This document shows, piece by piece, positions 1 through 9,369 of a DNA stretch of 64,000 bases. A program made the translations under genes and the position numbers. Origin of the DNA: an uncultured Acidobacteriaceae bacterium. Lineage in GTDB: Bacteria; Acidobacteriota; Terriglobia; Terriglobales; Acidobacteriaceae. Position 1 is the stretch's first letter. Each line of letters opens with the position of its first letter. The DNA lies in assembly GCA_963812685.1 (NCBI GenBank), contig CAWEWI010000004.1, positions 650,220 to 714,219 on the forward strand, in the 5' to 3' direction. Below the pieces are notes generated by a model. That model worked only from the letters and a program-made list of their open reading frames with translations. It did not search any database and was not told where the DNA came from.

Positions 1-23
1 GGCCCGCTGGTGGAGAGGACTGG

Positions 24-3000
24 GTGCGCACGCCGGCGGAGGAAGGGATTCCGGTCGCAATCGAGGAAGAGGAGGCTGTCTCCGCGCGCGCGAATGCAAC
101 GGGACCCGAGGGGATCCTTGGCGCTCGGGGACAGCGCGCCGGCGAGGATCGCTATCGCGCATCCTTCGATCAGGCGGCGGTGGGTATCCTGCACACTTCG
201 CTGCAGGGAAGAATCCTGAAGTGCAACCAGAGCTTCGCTGGCATCGTGGGGTATACGCCCGAAGAACTGGTGGGCTCCAACTTTCAGGAGATCACGCCGC
301 CGGAAGATCGAAACAGCGGCCAGTCGGCGGCGGTTCACCTGCTGAGCGGCGAGCAAAGCAGCGTGAGTTTCGAAAAACGCTACCTTCGCAAAGACGGGTC
401 GCTCACCTGGGTCATGCTGACGATCTCGATCCAGCACGACGACAAGGGCCAGCCGGTTTTCTTTCTCACCCTGGTCCAGGACATCAACGCGCGCAAGCAG
501 GCGGAGGCGTTGCTGGCGGAAGCGCAAGAGGCGCTCAGGCTGAGCGAAGAGCGCTACCGCACCGCGTTCCAGATGTCGCTGGATGCCATCAATCTGAGCC
601 GCCTGAGCGACGGAACCTATGTTGACTGCAACAAAGCTTTTCTCGACACCACAGGATATGCGCGGGAAGAAGTGATTGGACACAGCTCGCTCGAGCTGAA
701 CATCTGGGAGAACCTGGCCGATCGGGACACGCTGGTGGAGATGCTGCACCAGCAGGGGGTTTGCCGCAACTTCGAGGCGCGATTCAGAAAGAAGAACGGA
801 GAGAAGCTCTGGGGGCTGATGTCGGCGTCGGTGATCGAACTGGAGGGCGCGCCGTGCATCCTGTCCATCGCGCGTGACATTTCAGAGGTAAAAACAGCGC
901 AGGACGAGATCCGGCATCTGGCCTTCTACGATCCGCTGACCGAACTGCCCAACCGGCGGCTGCTGCTGGAGCGGCTGCGGCAGACGGTGACGGCGAGCAA
1001 GCGCAGTGGGCGGCAGCGAGCGCTGCTGTTCATCGACCTGGATAATTTCAAAAACCTGAACGATACGCTGGGCCACGCGGTGGGCGATCTTCTGCTGAAA
1101 GAAGTGGGGGAACGACTGACGGGCTGCATTCGCGCCGTGGATACGGCGGCGCGGGTGGGCGGGGACGAGTTTGTGGTGATTCTGGAGGATCTGGGGAAAA
1201 CGTCGGAAGAAGCGGCGGCACGGGCTGGAAGCGTGGCGGAGAAAATCCTCTCCAGCATCACCCAGCCTTACGTGCTGGCGGGCCACGAATGCCGGAGCAC
1301 GGCAAGCATGGGAATCACGGTATTCGGAGATCGCAATGAGAGCTCCAGCGCGATTCTGCAACAGGCGGATATCGCGATGTATCAGGCGAAGGCGGCGGGG
1401 AGGGAGGCGATTCGCTTTTTCGCGCCCGAACTGCAGTCGGCCGTGAATGCGCGCGCGGCGCTGGAGGGAGAGCTGCGTCAGGGGATCCGGAACCGGGAGT
1501 TCGCGTTGTGGTATCAGCCTCAGGTGGATCGGGGCCGCGTGGTTGGCGCAGAAGCACTGTTGCGGTGGAATCACCCGCGGCGCGGGATTCTGTGTCCAGC
1601 GGAGTTTATTGCTTTGGCGGAGGAAACAGGGCTGATTGTTCCGCTGGGAAACCAGGTGCTGGAGGATGCGTGCCGGCAACTGGCGAGATGGGCGCAGCGA
1701 CCGGAGATGGCTGCGCTGTCGGTTGCCGTCAACGTAAGCCCGCGGCAATTCCGGCAGGCGGATTTTGCCGAGCGGGTCCTGGCGGTGCTGGAGATCACGG
1801 GAGCCAACCCGAAGAGCCTGGAGCTGGAAATTACGGAGAGCCTGCTGGTGGAGGATCTGGAAGAGACGATTGCGATCATGAATGCGCTGCGGGCGCGCGG
1901 GTTGCGGTTTTCTCTGGACGATTTTGGAACCGGATACTCGTCCCTGGCTTATCTCAAGCGTCTGCCCCTGGATCAGCTGAAGATCGACGGCAGCTTTGTG
2001 CGGGACATGTTGGGGGATGCGACCAGCAGAGCGATCGCGCACGCGATCATCTGGCTGAGCCGGGAGATGAATCTTCCGCTGCTGGCCGAGGGAGTGGAAA
2101 CGGAAGAACAGCGCGCCTGGCTGGCCGACCTCGGATGCCACACGTATCAGGGTTACCTGTTCAGCCGGCCCGTGCCCGTCAGGCAGTTTGAGTTGTTGCT
2201 GGAGGAAGCCAGGAAAGACCCAGGGAGCAGCGCAGAGGCCGCTCCCTGGATTGGCAGAACGGACCAGCCCCTAGCGCACGACGTTCTGGAAGAGCGGCGA
2301 TTGCAGAAGGCTGGAGAACTGGTTGTTGGAAGCGACGAACTTCACGCTGAGCATTCCGGCATTCGAGTCGATGGTGGTGCTGTCGATGGCCTGCTTCTCG
2401 ATGGCGTTGCCACTGACTTTTTCGTACATGGCGGCGGCGTTCAGCAGCGACGACATAGTTGCAGCAGTAAAGGTGTCCGAAGTAGCCACATACAGGTTGA
2501 ATTTGACGCCGTTGGTGAAGTTCATGGTGTAGCTGGAATCGAGGAGCCGCTTCTTCACCTGCTCGTAGTCGGCCAGCTGCGCCGCCTGACCGAGGAGAGA
2601 ATGCATCATGTACTCGGTGCCCTTCTGGTCGAGAATGCTCCAGATGGGCTCGGAATCCACCTGACCCATGGCGGTGAGCATGTCCTGGTTGGTGAGGAAG
2701 CTGGGAGCAAGGCCGTCGCGGCAATCGAGAGCCGGCTTGATGGCGTCGCTCGAGCCGAACAGCATGGTGGTGGGATTGAGGAACGTGATCAGCATGCCGT
2801 TGGCGCCCATGGGATAGAGGCGATTGTTGCGGATCGCCATGGCCTTGATCTTCTTCTTCGTGAAGTTGGCGATAATGTCGTTCACCTGGAACTGACCCTG
2901 CGCGATGCCGACGATCTTGACGTTGTCGCCGGATCCGACGCGATAGGCCGCAAAGGCCAGCTGCTCGACGTCCTGATTCTCATTGAGGCCGGAGGTTTTG

Positions 3001-3239
3001 AGAGCCGTTTCCAGCTGCTTCAGTTCCGGAGGAAGCACGCGCGCCTTCAGATCCATGGCCGCGGAGGAGTTCTCCATGATGCGGTAGTCCACAACGATGA
3101 GCTGCTGAACATCGTGGGGGATGGCCGAACGCGCATCGGTGTCGATCTGCGCCGCCCGCGCTGGAAGCGCGACGGACGCGCACAGAAGAGCCACAAAAGC
3201 CAAACCATAGTACGAACACTTACAGAATTTCACTGGTGA
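24..3239 (+). CDS. PAS/PAS-GGDEF-EAL cyclic-di-GMP turnover protein; recognisable domains end near 2200 but the frame has no stop until 3239
   Basis: Translation shows two PAS-like segments, RVGGDEFVV (GGDEF), and AEALLRW / ELEITES / DDFGTGYSS / EGVET (EAL). GTG at 24 follows GGAGAGG (12-18), but the frame is also open to the window edge, so the start may lie upstream. Residues encoded after about 2230 look like an antisense shadow of the 2271-3233 gene. Confidence 0.8.
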   Translation: MRTPAEEGIPVAIEEEEAVSARANATGPEGILGARGQRAGEDRYRASFDQAAVGILHTSLQGRILKCNQSFAGIVGYTPEELVGSNFQEITPPEDRNSGQSAAVHLLSGEQSSVSFEKRYLRKDGSLTWVMLTISIQHDDKGQPVFFLTLVQDINARKQAEALLAEAQEALRLSEERYRTAFQMSLDAINLSRLSDGTYVDCNKAFLDTTGYAREEVIGHSSLELNIWENLADRDTLVEMLHQQGVCRNFEARFRKKNGEKLWGLMSASVIELEGAPCILSIARDISEVKTAQDEIRHLAFYDPLTELPNRRLLLERLRQTVTASKRSGRQRALLFIDLDNFKNLNDTLGHAVGDLLLKEVGERLTGCIRAVDTAARVGGDEFVVILEDLGKTSEEAAARAGSVAEKILSSITQPYVLAGHECRSTASMGITVFGDRNESSSAILQQADIAMYQAKAAGREAIRFFAPELQSAVNARAALEGELRQGIRNREFALWYQPQVDRGRVVGAEALLRWNHPRRGILCPAEFIALAEETGLIVPLGNQVLEDACRQLARWAQRPEMAALSVAVNVSPRQFRQADFAERVLAVLEITGANPKSLELEITESLLVEDLEETIAIMNALRARGLRFSLDDFGTGYSSLAYLKRLPLDQLKIDGSFVRDMLGDATSRAIAHAIIWLSREMNLPLLAEGVETEEQRAWLADLGCHTYQGYLFSRPVPVRQFELLLEEARKDPGSSAEAAPWIGRTDQPLAHDVLEERRLQKAGELVVGSDELHAEHSGIRVDGGAVDGLLLDGVATDFFVHGGGVQQRRHSCSSKGVRSSHIQVEFDAVGEVHGVAGIEEPLLHLLVVGQLRRLTEERMHHVLGALLVENAPDGLGIHLTHGGEHVLVGEEAGSKAVAAIESRLDGVARAEQHGGGIEERDQHAVGAHGIEAIVADRHGLDLLLREVGDNVVHLELTLRDADDLDVVAGSDAIGRKGQLLDVLILIEAGGFESRFQLLQFRRKHARLQIHGRGGVLHDAVVHNDELLNIVGDGRTRIGVDLRRPRWKRDGRAQKSHKSQTIVRTLTEFHW
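2271..3233 (-). CDS. hypothetical secreted protein (signal peptide, family not recognised)
   Basis: ORF 2271-3320 has ordinary protein composition (N, K, F, Y, M present, unlike shadow frames). It has a signal-like segment YYGLAFVALLCASVALPARAAQ. I prefer GTG at 3233 (GGAGGG upstream) over the 3320 start. Confidence 0.6.
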   Translation of the reverse strand: MKFCKCSYYGLAFVALLCASVALPARAAQIDTDARSAIPHDVQQLIVVDYRIMENSSAAMDLKARVLPPELKQLETALKTSGLNENQDVEQLAFAAYRVGSGDNVKIVGIAQGQFQVNDIIANFTKKKIKAMAIRNNRLYPMGANGMLITFLNPTTMLFGSSDAIKPALDCRDGLAPSFLTNQDMLTAMGQVDSEPIWSILDQKGTEYMMHSLLGQAAQLADYEQVKKRLLDSSYTMNFTNGVKFNLYVATSDTFTAATMSSLLNAAAMYEKVSGNAIEKQAIDSTTIDSNAGMLSVKFVASNNQFSSLLQSPLFQNVVR

Positions 3240-3384
3240 ACCTGCTCCCTCCGCCGGACCACCGGCTGAGTTTGAAGAATTGGATGCCCCGCTGAGGTCT
3301 TTGACCCGGACCAGCGGCAAAACGACTCGGCGTCGTTTCTCAATTTTACGCCGGTCGCCGCGGGGCTCGGTCTACAACTATCGG

Positions 3385-4323
3385 CTAACTATTCCCGGCG
3401 GGCCAGGGCAATGGATGGTCCAGCCGGCGTTCGAGAACCTTCTTGTCGAGGTCGAACCCGCCCGGACCGATGTCACCCAGCAGACGCAGCCACTCGCTGT
3501 TTCGCTCAAGGGCGGCCTCGGGGATGAGACCAATCAGCTCGGCGCGGACCGGAGCGGCTCCATGCCTGCGGGCCTTTTCCTTCACGGCAGCATAGACTTC
3601 GCCGACCGGCGTGCGGGTGAAGTCGGTGATGTTCATGGAGACCTGGGCCTGGTCGTGGGCAGTCACGCCCATGGCCTTGACGCCGGCGAGGCCTCCGCCC
3701 GACTGGCGAATATCTTTGGCGATGGCGCGCGCGACGGCAACTTCCCCGGTGTTGAGATACAGGTTAAGGGCGATGAGGAAGCGACGCGCACCCACGGCCG
3801 AGGCTCCGGCGGTGGGATGCAGCGCGGGACCGCCCACGTCAGGGCGGCGCGCAGGCTCACGCAGCACCGCATCGCGCAGGCCTTCAAACTGGCCGCGGCG
3901 AACTTCTTCAAGAAGGGCGCGGTCGGGGCGAGCTGCGGCGGCCTCGTAGAAATAGACGGGAACCTGGTAGCGCTTCCAGATTTCAGTGCCGGCCTGGCGG
4001 GCCAGCAGCGCGCATTGCTCGAGGGAGATGTTGCGAATGGGCACGAAGGGGATAACGTCGGCGGCGCCGATGCGGGGATGCACGCCCGCCTGGGTGGTGA
4101 GGTCAATGAGCTGGGCCGCGCGGCCAGCCCCGCGAATGGCAGCCTCGACGACGGCTGCGGGAGGGCCGGCAATAGTGACGACGGAACGGTTGTGATCGGA
4201 ATCCAGCGACCAATCCAGCAGATACGCCCCGTCGACATGCATGGCGGAGATAATCGACTCGATCACCTCCGGCTTTCGGCCTTCAGAGAAATTCGGGACG
4301 CATTCGATGAGGGCATCTGGCAT
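3385..4323 (-). CDS. ftcD: glutamate formimidoyltransferase (formiminotransferase domain protein)
   Basis: The N-terminus MPDALIECVPNFSEGR is the hallmark start of formiminotransferases. ATG at 4323 is preferred over the TTG at 4353 listed in the ORF track. Confidence 0.8.
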   Translation of the reverse strand: MPDALIECVPNFSEGRKPEVIESIISAMHVDGAYLLDWSLDSDHNRSVVTIAGPPAAVVEAAIRGAGRAAQLIDLTTQAGVHPRIGAADVIPFVPIRNISLEQCALLARQAGTEIWKRYQVPVYFYEAAAARPDRALLEEVRRGQFEGLRDAVLREPARRPDVGGPALHPTAGASAVGARRFLIALNLYLNTGEVAVARAIAKDIRQSGGGLAGVKAMGVTAHDQAQVSMNITDFTRTPVGEVYAAVKEKARRHGAAPVRAELIGLIPEAALERNSEWLRLLGDIGPGGFDLDKKVLERRLDHPLPWPAGNS

Positions 4324-4392
4324 GTTTACGACCTGACCGGTAATTCGAGCCAAACAGGACCTGCAGCAACGCCTGTACTGATTCTCTGCTCT

Positions 4393-5169
4393 TTACCTTC
4401 TGCTGAAGAACGTATACCCGATCTGGAACATTACGCTTGCGTTCACTCCGGGGTTGCGATCGCCCAGCGATGCGCTGGAGATGTGGACTCCGTTGCCGGA
4501 GACGGTAATGGCTCTTCCCGGCCGGACAAAATACTGGAAGCCAATGCCGCCCTGAGGACAGAAGTTCCACACGCTGGTGCCACCCGGGTCGCCATGCGGC
4601 ACCAGTACATCGGGCGGAAATTTATGCGTCGTGTAGATCACGCCGCCGGCAGCCTGGAACCAGGGAACGAAACGGCGGCGCGGCTTGAAGTCCCAGCGAA
4701 AAATCACCGGCGTGATGCTGGCGCCAGTGAAGGTTCCACCCCCCACCGGTACGTACTCGGTGTAGCTGATGCCATCGGCGGGGATACTGACGGTGACCGC
4801 TTGCAAACCCTGAGGCGGCGTGAAGGCCTGCCAATAGGGGATGATCTCGCCTGCAAGTTCGAACTGACCGCGAAAAATGCCGCCCAGATGCTCCCCGGTG
4901 AGCACCTTGCCCAGGCGCACACCGGCCGCCGTGAAGTGGTAGCTGGAGCGATCGCCGATTCCGTTGCCACCCTGAAAGAACGGACCCCACTCCCAGGGAA
5001 GCTTAGACATCGAGGCGGAGGCGGGGTTGGTGTTGACGAGGGGTGGATCGGCGACCGTTGCGCGACGCGGAGGATTGTCCGCAGCCGAGGACGTGGACTG
5101 CGCAACCACAGGAAGACCAGCGGCAAACCAAAGGGCCCCAGCGAGAAGAGCAACCGTGCGTTTTTTCAT
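4393..5169 (-). CDS. acyloxyacyl hydrolase / lipid A deacylase (PagL)-like outer-membrane protein
   Basis: MKKRTVALLAGALWFAAGLPVVAQ is a signal peptide, followed by a beta-rich body. VHISSASLG near the C-terminus resembles the PagL-family H-x-S motif. The ORF extension to 5454 overlaps the yebC 3' end and looks non-coding. Confidence 0.6.
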   Translation of the reverse strand: MKKRTVALLAGALWFAAGLPVVAQSTSSAADNPPRRATVADPPLVNTNPASASMSKLPWEWGPFFQGGNGIGDRSSYHFTAAGVRLGKVLTGEHLGGIFRGQFELAGEIIPYWQAFTPPQGLQAVTVSIPADGISYTEYVPVGGGTFTGASITPVIFRWDFKPRRRFVPWFQAAGGVIYTTHKFPPDVLVPHGDPGGTSVWNFCPQGGIGFQYFVRPGRAITVSGNGVHISSASLGDRNPGVNASVMFQIGYTFFSRR

Positions 5170-5242
5170 CCTGCGCGAACGACTCCCGATCAAAGGAAAG
5201 GCCGCCCACCTGGCGGCCCCTCGGTGGAGGATGCTGCCGCCG

Positions 5243-5989
5243 CTAGCTGGTAACTTCTTCCAGTTGCTTCGCGTCCATGTCGAAATTGGAATAGACGTTG
5301 TTGACGTCGTCGTGGTCTTCGAGAGCTTCGAGCAGGCGCACCAGCTGCGCGGCTGTCGGGCCTTCGAGTTTGGTGTAGGTGGAGGCAACCATGGTGATCT
5401 CGGACATGACGGTTTCGATCTTCGCGTCACGGACCGCCTGAGCCACCGCTTCAAACGCGTTGGGTGCGGTGACGACCTCCCAGGTGTCGCCCTCGTCGTT
5501 CAGATCTTCGCCGCCGGTTTCGATGACGATGTTCATCAGCTTCTCTTCGTCGGCAGCCGCTTTGGGAACGGCGATGATGCCCTTCTTGGAAAACATGAAG
5601 CGGACGGAGTTAGGCTCGCCGAGGTTGCCGCCGTGTTTGGCGAAGGTGTGGCGGATTTCGCTGACGGCGCGATTGCGGTTGTCGGTGGTGGCATCGACGA
5701 TGATGGCCACGCCGCCGGGACCATAGCCCTCGAACGAAATCTCCTCGTAGGTGGCGCCGGGCAGCTCGCCGGTGCCGCGCTGAATGGCGCGCTTGATGTT
5801 GTCGTTGGGCATGTTCTCAGCCTTGGCGGCGGCGATGGCGCTGCGCAGGCGAGGATTGCCATCGGGATCGCCCCCCGACTTGGCGGCAATGCTGATTTCC
5901 TTGATGAGCTGCGTGAAAATCTTGCCGCGCTTGGCGTCGAGCGCACCTTTTTTGTGCTTGATTGTCGCCCATTTCGAATGGCCGGACAT
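5243..5989 (-). CDS. yebC: YebC/PmpR family DNA-binding transcriptional regulator
   Basis: MSGHSKWATIKHKKGALDAKRGKIFTQLIKEI is the canonical YebC N-terminus. ATG at 5989; the upstream part of ORF 5243-6331 is spurious. Confidence 0.95.
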   Translation of the reverse strand: MSGHSKWATIKHKKGALDAKRGKIFTQLIKEISIAAKSGGDPDGNPRLRSAIAAAKAENMPNDNIKRAIQRGTGELPGATYEEISFEGYGPGGVAIIVDATTDNRNRAVSEIRHTFAKHGGNLGEPNSVRFMFSKKGIIAVPKAAADEEKLMNIVIETGGEDLNDEGDTWEVVTAPNAFEAVAQAVRDAKIETVMSEITMVASTYTKLEGPTAAQLVRLLEALEDHDDVNNVYSNFDMDAKQLEEVTS

Positions 5990-6204
5990 GGGAACCTCAG
6001 AGACGTGCTTTCGTCGGAATTCTGGGCAAAAAGGCCGGAAAAAGAGGGATTTCCGGGTCTGCCCGCAACGGTTGAGTATAGCAGGGCGCGGGGGACAGGG
6101 TACAGAGTATGGCTCGCGCCGGAAACGGGGCCATCGGGGTCCGGGATCGGTTACTCTCTTCCTGACTCTTTCCCTAACTTTACAGACTGCGATCAGGAGT
6201 AGAC

Positions 6205-7506
6205 ATGCTTTCAAGACGTTCGTTTTTCCGAGCATCATCGGTCGCGGTTGCGACGGCTGCCCTTCCCGCATTCGGCGAAACATCGGACGATGCGGGTTCG
6301 CTGCCCGCGGCCATCGCGGCCCTGCCCTCATTTGCCGGGCGCGTGCCGCCGTTCACGAATGAAGAACGTCTGGCGCGCATCGAACGCGCGAAGGTGCTAA
6401 TGGCGGAGAATCACATCGAAGCCATCGTGCTCGCGAACAATTCCACCAGCTCGATGTACTTCGCGAACATCAGCCTGAACGGAGGCGAACGCCTGTGGGC
6501 GCTGGTGATTCCGGCAAAAGCAAAGCCGTTTGTCGTGTGTCCGGCGTTCGAAAATGCTCGCGCCCATGAGCTGCTGAGCAGCGGTCCGTTTGGCTCGGAT
6601 GCGGATGTGTTGACCTGGCAGGAAGACGAGAGCCCCTTTGCGCTGCTGGTGCGGGGACTTCGGGATCGCGGGATCGCCACGGGGAGGGTCGGGCTGGACG
6701 AGAACATGAAGTATGTCTTCTCCAGCAGCCTGGCGCAGGCCGGTCCACAGCTGACATTCGTGATCGGGACGCCGGTGACCGCGGGCTGCCGGATGATCAA
6801 ATCCGCGCACGAGATCGAATGCATGCGCACAGCGTGCCACGCCACCCTGGCCGTCTACCAGGCGGTCTATCGCTCGCTGCGCGAGGGCATGACCACGAAA
6901 GACGTCCAGGGGCTGATTGCCGCCGCGTATCAACAGGTCGGTCTGCCCGGCGAAGCCAGCCTGAACATCGGCGCCTTCACCGCCTCGCCGCATGGATCGC
7001 GCCAGCCGCAGACCATTCGGGAAGGGACGGTGCTGATGGTCGACGACGGATGCCTGGTAGAGGGGTATCAGTCGGACATCACGCGCACCTTCGTGCTGGG
7101 CAAACCAACCCAGAAAATGAAAGACGTGTTCTCCGTGGTGCACGATGCGCAACAGGCGGCTTTGGCTGCGGCGCGGCCGGGAGTTGAACTCGCCCAGGTG
7201 GATGCGGCAGCAAGGAAAGTGATCGTCGACGCGGGGTACGGGCCGGGTTTCAAATACTTCTCCCACCGCGTAGGCCACGGCATCGGCATGGACGGGCATG
7301 AGTGGCCCTACCTGGTGACCAATGACATGTTCGGATGGGATCTCCACCCGCGCATGCTCCCTGGGATGACCTTCAGCGATGAGCCCGGGATCTATATTCC
7401 GGGAGAATTCGGTGTGCGGCTCGAGGACGACATGCATATCGGCGAAAATGGCGCCGAGTTGCTGACCCCGGCGAGCCCGTCGCTGGAGGATCCGTTTGGG
7501 CACTAA
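6205..7506 (+). CDS. M24 family metallopeptidase (Xaa-Pro peptidase/creatinase-like) with a twin-arginine signal
   Basis: The N-terminus MLSRRSFFRASSVAVATAALPAFG is Tat-type. The C-terminal half has M24 pita-bread motifs (DDGC..GYQSDITRT, HRVGHGIGMDGHE, PGIYIPGEFGVRLED). Confidence 0.85.
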   Translation: MLSRRSFFRASSVAVATAALPAFGETSDDAGSLPAAIAALPSFAGRVPPFTNEERLARIERAKVLMAENHIEAIVLANNSTSSMYFANISLNGGERLWALVIPAKAKPFVVCPAFENARAHELLSSGPFGSDADVLTWQEDESPFALLVRGLRDRGIATGRVGLDENMKYVFSSSLAQAGPQLTFVIGTPVTAGCRMIKSAHEIECMRTACHATLAVYQAVYRSLREGMTTKDVQGLIAAAYQQVGLPGEASLNIGAFTASPHGSRQPQTIREGTVLMVDDGCLVEGYQSDITRTFVLGKPTQKMKDVFSVVHDAQQAALAAARPGVELAQVDAAARKVIVDAGYGPGFKYFSHRVGHGIGMDGHEWPYLVTNDMFGWDLHPRMLPGMTFSDEPGIYIPGEFGVRLEDDMHIGENGAELLTPASPSLEDPFGH

Positions 7507-7543
7507 CCGGGATTAGCCGTCCTGGCTAACGCGCCGAGGTGCA

Positions 7544-8587
7544 TCACTCCTTTGGGGCGAAACGAATCGCGTCAGGATTCCTCTGGCCGACGATGCGCTG
7601 GTGCCAATACGGATAGATGGGCGTGACGTCGCTGGCGGCATCGAGTGTGCCCACTTGTTCCGCGGTCAGATTCCAGCCGGCCGCTTCGAGATTCTGGCGG
7701 AGTTGCTCCTCCGTTCGCGCGCCAACAATGACGCTCGACACCGTAGGCCTCTGGAGCAGCCAGTTGAGCGCAATCTGCGGAATGCTTTTGCCTGTTTCCT
7801 TTGCGACTGCGTCGAGAGCGTCGACCACCCGGTAAACGAATTCGTCGGCGACCGGAGGGCCGTCATCGGCTGTCTTATGCAGGCGGCTGACTTTGGGCAG
7901 AGGCTGGCCGCGACGAATCTTGCCGGTGAGCCGGCCCCAGCCGAGCGGGCTCCAGATGAGCGCGCCCACGCCCTGATCGAGGCCGAGCGGCATCAGCTCC
8001 CACTCGTATTCGCGGCCGATGAGCGAGTAATAGACCTGGTGCGCAACGTAGCGCGTCCAACCGTGGCGCGCCGACGCAGCGAGAGACTTCATCAGATGCC
8101 AGCCGGAGAAGTTCGAACACGCGATGTAGAGGACTTTGCCGGCATGGACGAGGGTATTGAGCGTATCCAGCGTCTCCTCGACGGGCGTGAGGCGATCGAA
8201 GCCGTGCATGTGGTAGATATCAATGTGGTCGGTGCCCAATCTCTTGAGGCTGGCGTTGCACTGTTCGAGAATGTGCAACCTCGAGGAGCCGAGGTCGTTA
8301 GGGCCATCGCCCATGGGGAAGAAGGCCTTGGTTGAAATGAGGACCTTGTCGCGCTTTCCCTGGAGAGCCTTGCCGAGAATCTCCTCCGCCAGGCCGTCCG
8401 AGTAGCCGTTGGCTACGTCGAAAAGGTTCACGCCGGCATCGAGGCAGAGGTCGACCATGCGCCGCGCTTCGTCGACGCCGGTGTTGCCCCACGCAGCGAA
8501 GAACTGGGTGCCACCGCCAAAGGTTGCCGCTCCGAAACTGAGCGACGAAACCTTGAGTCCTGAACGTCCAAGCAGTCTGTATTCCAT
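7544..8587 (-). CDS. aldo/keto reductase
   Basis: MEYRLLGRSGLKVSSLSFGAATFGG ... DVANGYSDGLAEEILGKAL is a typical AKR N-terminus. The length (347 aa) fits. Confidence 0.9.
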   Translation of the reverse strand: MEYRLLGRSGLKVSSLSFGAATFGGGTQFFAAWGNTGVDEARRMVDLCLDAGVNLFDVANGYSDGLAEEILGKALQGKRDKVLISTKAFFPMGDGPNDLGSSRLHILEQCNASLKRLGTDHIDIYHMHGFDRLTPVEETLDTLNTLVHAGKVLYIACSNFSGWHLMKSLAASARHGWTRYVAHQVYYSLIGREYEWELMPLGLDQGVGALIWSPLGWGRLTGKIRRGQPLPKVSRLHKTADDGPPVADEFVYRVVDALDAVAKETGKSIPQIALNWLLQRPTVSSVIVGARTEEQLRQNLEAAGWNLTAEQVGTLDAASDVTPIYPYWHQRIVGQRNPDAIRFAPKE

Positions 8588-8659
8588 ACGCGGTAGATGC
8601 AGGGTACAGCGTCCAGGGTGCAGGAGCGGTGCGGTTCATAGCAGGAACGGCACGCCTGC

Positions 8660-9139
8660 CTAATAGGGCTTCTTGTGGGGGCTGTCCAGCCAGAACTGGA
8701 ACGATTCCCAGGCGAGCTCGCGCAACAGCATCGACGCAGGGATGGTGCGTTGGCGCGTGGGCAGTGTCAGCTCGCGGTAAAGAAAAGCGTCGTCGAACGC
8801 GATGCGGGCAGCGTCAGCACTGGTGTTGCCGAACCAGATGCGGTCGATGCGAGCCCAGTAAATCGCAGCAAGACACATGGGGCACGGCTCGCAGCTGGAG
8901 TAGATTTCACATCCACGCAAACTGAAGACGCCGAGCGCCTGGCAGGCAGCGCGGATGGCCCGGACCTCGGCATGCGCGGTGGGGTCGTTGTCGCGGGTGA
9001 CGGAGTTGGTTCCCTCGCCGATCAGGGCGCCATCCTTCACGATGACCGCTCCGAACGGACCGCCCTGCCCGCTGCGGACGTTTTCCGTCGCGAGAGCAAT
9101 CGCTTTGCGCATGAACTCAGGGTTCGGAGAAGGCTGCAT
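8660..9139 (-). CDS. nucleoside/guanine deaminase (CMP/dCMP-type zinc deaminase fold)
   Basis: HAEVRAIRAA and CEPCPMC zinc-binding motifs; 159 aa. Confidence 0.85.
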   Translation of the reverse strand: MQPSPNPEFMRKAIALATENVRSGQGGPFGAVIVKDGALIGEGTNSVTRDNDPTAHAEVRAIRAACQALGVFSLRGCEIYSSCEPCPMCLAAIYWARIDRIWFGNTSADAARIAFDDAFLYRELTLPTRQRTIPASMLLRELAWESFQFWLDSPHKKPY

Positions 9140-9369
9140 TGTGGATGGGAGCGATCCAGATCAGTATGGCATAAGGTGCAGCTAAACCAGTGAGTTGAAC
9201 GCTATTTGTCTTGCCCGTGCTCGAGGGCTTCGTTATGATCAGCGGAGCCTGGATTCCTCCAGGTTGATGGATTCACCCGCGGAGCCCACAACTTCCGGAT
9301 GCCTGGTTGCGTCTGTAAGGTTTCGATAGTCCAACTCCTTAGCAAATACCCGCAGTTTCCGCAGCAGTC

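Noticed and set aside
5170-6331. N-terminal extensions of the PagL-like (to 5454) and YebC (to 6331) ORFs in the track.
   Set aside because: The extensions are R/P/S-rich, overlap neighbouring genes or promoter regions, and precede canonical N-termini (a signal peptide; MSGHSKWATIKH). The internal ATGs are the real starts.
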